Origin: Candidatus Sericytochromatia bacterium
GTDB lineage: Bacteria > Cyanobacteriota > Sericytochromatia > S15B-MN24 > UBA4093
Assembly: GCA_036676985.1 (NCBI GenBank)
Contig: JAKFBU010000074.1
Coordinates: 1-10,213 of the forward strand
Length of the DNA stretch: 10,213 bases
Direction: 5' to 3'
Shown here: piece by piece, positions 7,475 to 10,213 of the stretch
How positions within the stretch are numbered: the first letter of the stretch is position 1
How the letters are laid out: every line of letters begins with the position of its first letter
Program-made: the position numbers and the translations under genes
Notes under the pieces: model-generated
Databases searched by the model: none
Seen by the model: only the letters and a program-made list of their open reading frames with translations
What the model was told of the DNA's origin: nothing

Positions 7475-8491
7475 CTACTCCGTCACCGTGATCGAGGCCG
7501 TCGCCATCAGCGTCCCCGACATGATGGCGATCTGCGCGGATCCCGTCGCCTGCGCCGTGAAGCGCCCCTGCCCGTCGATGGTCCCCACCGCGAGCGACCC
7601 GGTCGAGTCGGGGATGCCGTCCTCGATCCCCTGGATCCGGTAGTTCGAGATGGGCGCTGACGTCAGCGGCCCGCTCACGCTCCACGTCACCGCCGGAGTG
7701 CCTGAGAACGCTGCGTCCGCGGACGTCGTCGCCCGTGCCGTGAAGACCGCCACGTCCCCCGAGGCCACCGTCAGCTCCGCCGGGAAGATGTCGAGCTGCT
7801 TGAGCACCGTGAAACTGCCCGAGCCAGTCCCTGTGACCCCGTCCAGGATGGGGACGATGGGCCCGGATACCGCCGACATGGGCACGAGCACCGACACCGT
7901 CCCCTCCATCGGCGGATAGACCACCGAGACCGGCACACCGCCGAACGTGAAGCCTGGAACGAGCCCCCGATCCTGCCCGAAGCCGGAGCCGTAGATCTCG
8001 ACCGCAATACCCGGCCCCCCGTTGTCCGGCGAGAAGCCCGTGATGCTCGGGACGAACGCCGCGTTCAAGGCGACCGTCACGTTGGTGCGCTCGTTGGCCA
8101 GCACGTTGAAGGGGGAGCTCACGCCAGAGGCCACCAGCCGATGCGCCGGGTAGTTGTCGAAAGCCTGCACCGTGAGGGTGTAGCCGTTGCCGACCTCCAC
8201 GCTCAGCGTGGCCGTGCTCGTGGGCGCCGAGCCCTCGGGACGGAAGACCTCCGTCGTCTGGCTCGTCGGCCCGTTCAGCTGGAAGCTCAGGTGCTGCGCG
8301 CTCGTCGGCAGGACCTGGGCCCGATAGGGCCAGCGGATGGTGACGGCCACCTCGCTCGGTGTGCCCTGGGCCGTCGGACGCGAGTCCATAATGGAATCGG
8401 TCCGCACGAGCGGCTGGAGACCGGGAGCATGGCAGCCCACCACGAGGGCGAGGGCGGCAAGGGCCGTGTACTTCAGGGGCTTGTATCGCAT
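7475..8491 (-). CDS. G3: 338-aa lipoprotein with N-terminal Ig-like domain, IPT/TIG domain and Big_2-like Ig domain
   Basis: Start reassigned to the ATG at 8491 (MRYKPLKYTALAALALVVGC, VVGC lipobox; GGAG at 8497-8500; 2 nt after the G2 stop). PSITGFSPDNGGPGIAVEIYGSGFG...TFGGVPV...VSVLVP..AVSGPI is IPT/TIG-like. LDIFPAELTVASG...VTWSVS...GTIDGQGRFTAQATGSAQI....ASITV is Big_2-like. Confidence 0.88.
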   Translation of the reverse strand: MRYKPLKYTALAALALVVGCHAPGLQPLVRTDSIMDSRPTAQGTPSEVAVTIRWPYRAQVLPTSAQHLSFQLNGPTSQTTEVFRPEGSAPTSTATLSVEVGNGYTLTVQAFDNYPAHRLVASGVSSPFNVLANERTNVTVALNAAFVPSITGFSPDNGGPGIAVEIYGSGFGQDRGLVPGFTFGGVPVSVVYPPMEGTVSVLVPMSAVSGPIVPILDGVTGTGSGSFTVLKQLDIFPAELTVASGDVAVFTARATTSADAAFSGTPAVTWSVSGPLTSAPISNYRIQGIEDGIPDSTGSLAVGTIDGQGRFTAQATGSAQIAIMSGTLMATASITVTE

Positions 8492-8493
8492 GT

Positions 8494-9300
8494 TTACTCC
8501 AGCGTGACCGAAACCGCGCCCTTGGCGCTGACCGTCAACTCGCAGGTGGCCTTCTTCAGCGGGTCCTGGGTGGACCTGGCCTCGATGACGCACGAGCCGG
8601 AACCGAGGGCCGTCACCAACCCCGTGAGGCTCACCGTCGCGATGCTCGGGTCGGAGACGACCCACGTGACGGCGCTCGTGGTGCTCTGGTCGCTCATGAC
8701 CACCGTCGGGGTGAGCTGGGCCTTCGAGGGGTACTCGGGCAAGCTCGTGCCGTTCGCGGCCTGCTTGTAGAGCGAGAGGCTCGTGGGCAGCAGCTCGACA
8801 TAGGTGACCGTGAGCGGCTTGGTCGTGATGGTCGCGATCGCCTGCGCCGTGATGGACCCCGAGCTCGCCGTGATCGTGACCGGGCCGGCCGGCGCGTTGG
8901 GCACGACCTGCACGTAGCCCGCCGCGCTGACGCTGACCCGGCCCGGGGGGCTCGCGGTCCAGACGGCCGTGGTCGAGACCTGCCGCTGGTCGCTCATGGT
9001 TGCCACCAGGGCGAGCGCCTGGGCCCGCTGGTCGAAGCTCGCCATGGGGTCGCTGCTCAGGTTGAAGCTGGACGGCACGATCGCCAGCGACTTCAGCACC
9101 GGGACGGGCGTCGGGCTCGGGGTGGGAGCCGGCGAGGTTTCCGGCGCCGGGGTGGGCTCGCCGTTGCCGACCTCGCCGCCCAGCTGGTCGGAGGTCGTTC
9201 CGGTGGTCTTGCGGGGCGTCAGGAGGCCGGCCTCTTCGGGGCTGCAGGCCTGTGAGAGGACGGCGATCGCCAGGATGGCCATGAGACGATGGGTTCGCAT
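8494..9300 (-). CDS. G2: 268-aa lipoprotein with Pro/Thr linker and two bacterial Ig-like (Big_2, intimin/invasin-type) domains
   Basis: MRTHRLMAILAIAVLSQAC (lipobox-like SQAC). AGGAG at 9305-9309 overlaps the G1 stop. Linker EPTPAPETSPAPTPSPTPVP. AVWTASPPGRVSVSAAGYV...GPVTITASSG and VTWVVSDPSIATVSLTGLVTALGSGSCVIEARS are typical Big_2 signatures. Confidence 0.9.
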   Translation of the reverse strand: MRTHRLMAILAIAVLSQACSPEEAGLLTPRKTTGTTSDQLGGEVGNGEPTPAPETSPAPTPSPTPVPVLKSLAIVPSSFNLSSDPMASFDQRAQALALVATMSDQRQVSTTAVWTASPPGRVSVSAAGYVQVVPNAPAGPVTITASSGSITAQAIATITTKPLTVTYVELLPTSLSLYKQAANGTSLPEYPSKAQLTPTVVMSDQSTTSAVTWVVSDPSIATVSLTGLVTALGSGSCVIEARSTQDPLKKATCELTVSAKGAVSVTLE

Positions 9301-9307
9301 AAAGCTC

Positions 9308-10213
9308 CTAATACAACCCCGCGTTCAGGGTGCCCAGGACGGTCAGGGAGGGGATGCCGTAGATCTGGCCGTTGAGCCGGACCGTCACCATGCCGGTGGT
9401 GGCTCCGTTGGGGACCAGCACGTAGAGGGACTGGCGATCGCCCGAGATGCCCGTCACGGTGCCGCCGGCCCCTCCGTTGAAGGTCACGACGTTGTTTACG
9501 AGCGTCGTGTCGAAGGTGAGGCCCTGCAGGGTGATCGTCTGGTTGACGTTGCAGGAGGTGGGCGTGACGGTCAGGGACGAGCCCGAGACCTTGGGGATGA
9601 AACGCTCGGAAGGGCTCGTCTCGTAGGCGATGTTGGCCAAGGGGTCGGCGTTGGCGACGAGCAGCGTGACGACGAGCCCCCGGACGTCCGTGAACTCGCT
9701 GTTGGTCACGTTGGTCACGGGCGTGAACGTCTCGGGGCCGACCGACAGCTTGCCGATCAGGGTGTCGGGCGGGACGGCCGTCGGCCCCTTGTGGCTCGCG
9801 ATGACCGAGAGGGCGGTGGTGCCCTCGTTGAGGTAGATGGGCGAGTTGGCGATGGCGCTAGTGAGCGATCGCCAGCCGGCGTTGTACTGCAAGAGGGTCC
9901 GGACGCGCGCCGCGTCCCTTCCTGCCTGGTTGTTGCCGAGCCCCTTCATGGCCTCTAGGTAGTAGCTGCGGTTGGTGACCGGCTTGAAGCCCCTTCCGAA
10001 CGTCAGGCTGAAGCTCCCGCTCGCGTCCGTCAGGGTGGTGCCCAAGGAGACGTTGGTGGTCGCATCGATCAGGGTCACGGTGGAGGCGCTCGCCACCTCG
10101 GAGATGGTGGCCTGGACCACGTACCGGGGGAAGGTGACCGTGCCGACGATGGGCGGCGTCTCGTCCTCGGCGCTGCCGAGAATGCCCTGGGGCATGCAGG
10201 CCGCGAGCAACAG
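9308..10213 (-). CDS. G1 (3' part; 322 aa when joined to 124-186): lipoprotein with the same N-terminal domain as G4-G6 and a C-terminal IPT/TIG domain
   Basis: Open to the window edge. GTVTFP..VQA....ASTVTLID...TDASGSFSL...YYLEAMKGL.NN.AG.DAARVRT...GW.S...N..TTAL...DPLANI aligns with G4-G6. VTPTSCNVNQTITLQGLTFD....NVVTFNG...LYVLVPNGATTGMVTV (about 9335-9580) is IPT/TIG-like. Confidence 0.9.
   Translation of the reverse strand: MLLAACMPQGILGSAEDETPPIVGTVTFPRYVVQATISEVASASTVTLIDATTNVSLGTTLTDASGSFSLTFGRGFKPVTNRSYYLEAMKGLGNNQAGRDAARVRTLLQYNAGWRSLTSAIANSPIYLNEGTTALSVIASHKGPTAVPPDTLIGKLSVGPETFTPVTNVTNSEFTDVRGLVVTLLVANADPLANIAYETSPSERFIPKVSGSSLTVTPTSCNVNQTITLQGLTFDTTLVNNVVTFNGGAGGTVTGISGDRQSLYVLVPNGATTGMVTVRLNGQIYGIPSLTVLGTLNAGLY
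10091..10213. repeat. Terminal direct repeat, right copy (identical to 1-123)
   Basis: Exact match to positions 1-123, implying a 10,090-bp unit length. Confidence 0.97.

Noticed and set aside
7392-7685. 97-aa minus-strand ORF spanning the intergenic region
   Set aside because: It mostly overlaps G3 out of frame, with no SD or recognisable features.
8492-8665. 58-aa N-terminal extension of G3 given in the ORF track (start 8665)
   Set aside because: It overlaps the 3' end of G2 in another frame. The ATG at 8491 has an SD, abuts the G2 stop and starts a proper lipoprotein signal peptide.
9095-9165. Short imperfect repeats (ggggtggg-type) in G2
   Set aside because: They simply encode the Pro/Thr/Ser linker EPTPAPETSPAPTPSPTPVP.
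10208-10210. TTG start for G1 given in the ORF track
   Set aside because: It lies inside the hydrophobic signal peptide. The frame is open to the window edge and the real start appears at 186 via the terminal repeat.
1-10213. Autonomous plasmid, phage or transposon
   Set aside because: I see no Rep, relaxase, capsid, terminase, integrase or transposase ORF, no iterons and no terminal inverted repeats. The terminal repeat lies inside a gene.

Overview
High-GC (roughly two-thirds G+C by eye) bacterial window that is almost entirely coding on the minus strand. It holds seven tightly packed genes, each encoding a predicted lipoprotein (signal peptide plus lipobox Cys) built from beta-rich surface modules: IPT/TIG, Big_2-type Ig, DUF2341-like, lectin-like and DGxYLY beta-propeller. 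The last 123 bases (10091-10213) are identical to the first 123 (1-123). Joining the ends rebuilds an intact 322-aa gene, so the window reads as a closed 10,090-bp ring of seven co-oriented lipoprotein genes with one substantial (84-bp) intergenic region and no replication, integrase, transposase, enzyme or regulator gene. Three tandem paralogues (about 630-650 aa) carry a putative five-bladed propeller whose DGxYLY...KIGTGFxGTxxGxxY motif resembles, from memory, a region of the giant eukaryotic E3 ligases MYCBP2 (PHR family) and HECTD4. The best working model is an undescribed modular lipoprotein surface or adhesin system, present as a tandem amplification, an excised circle or a repeat-flanked cassette. 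Domain names come from motif recognition by eye, not from database searches. Gene labels used: G1 (9308-10213 joined to 1-186), G2 (8494-9300), G3 (7475-8491), G4 (5498-7390), G5 (3621-5501), G6 (1660-3612), G7 (183-1646).
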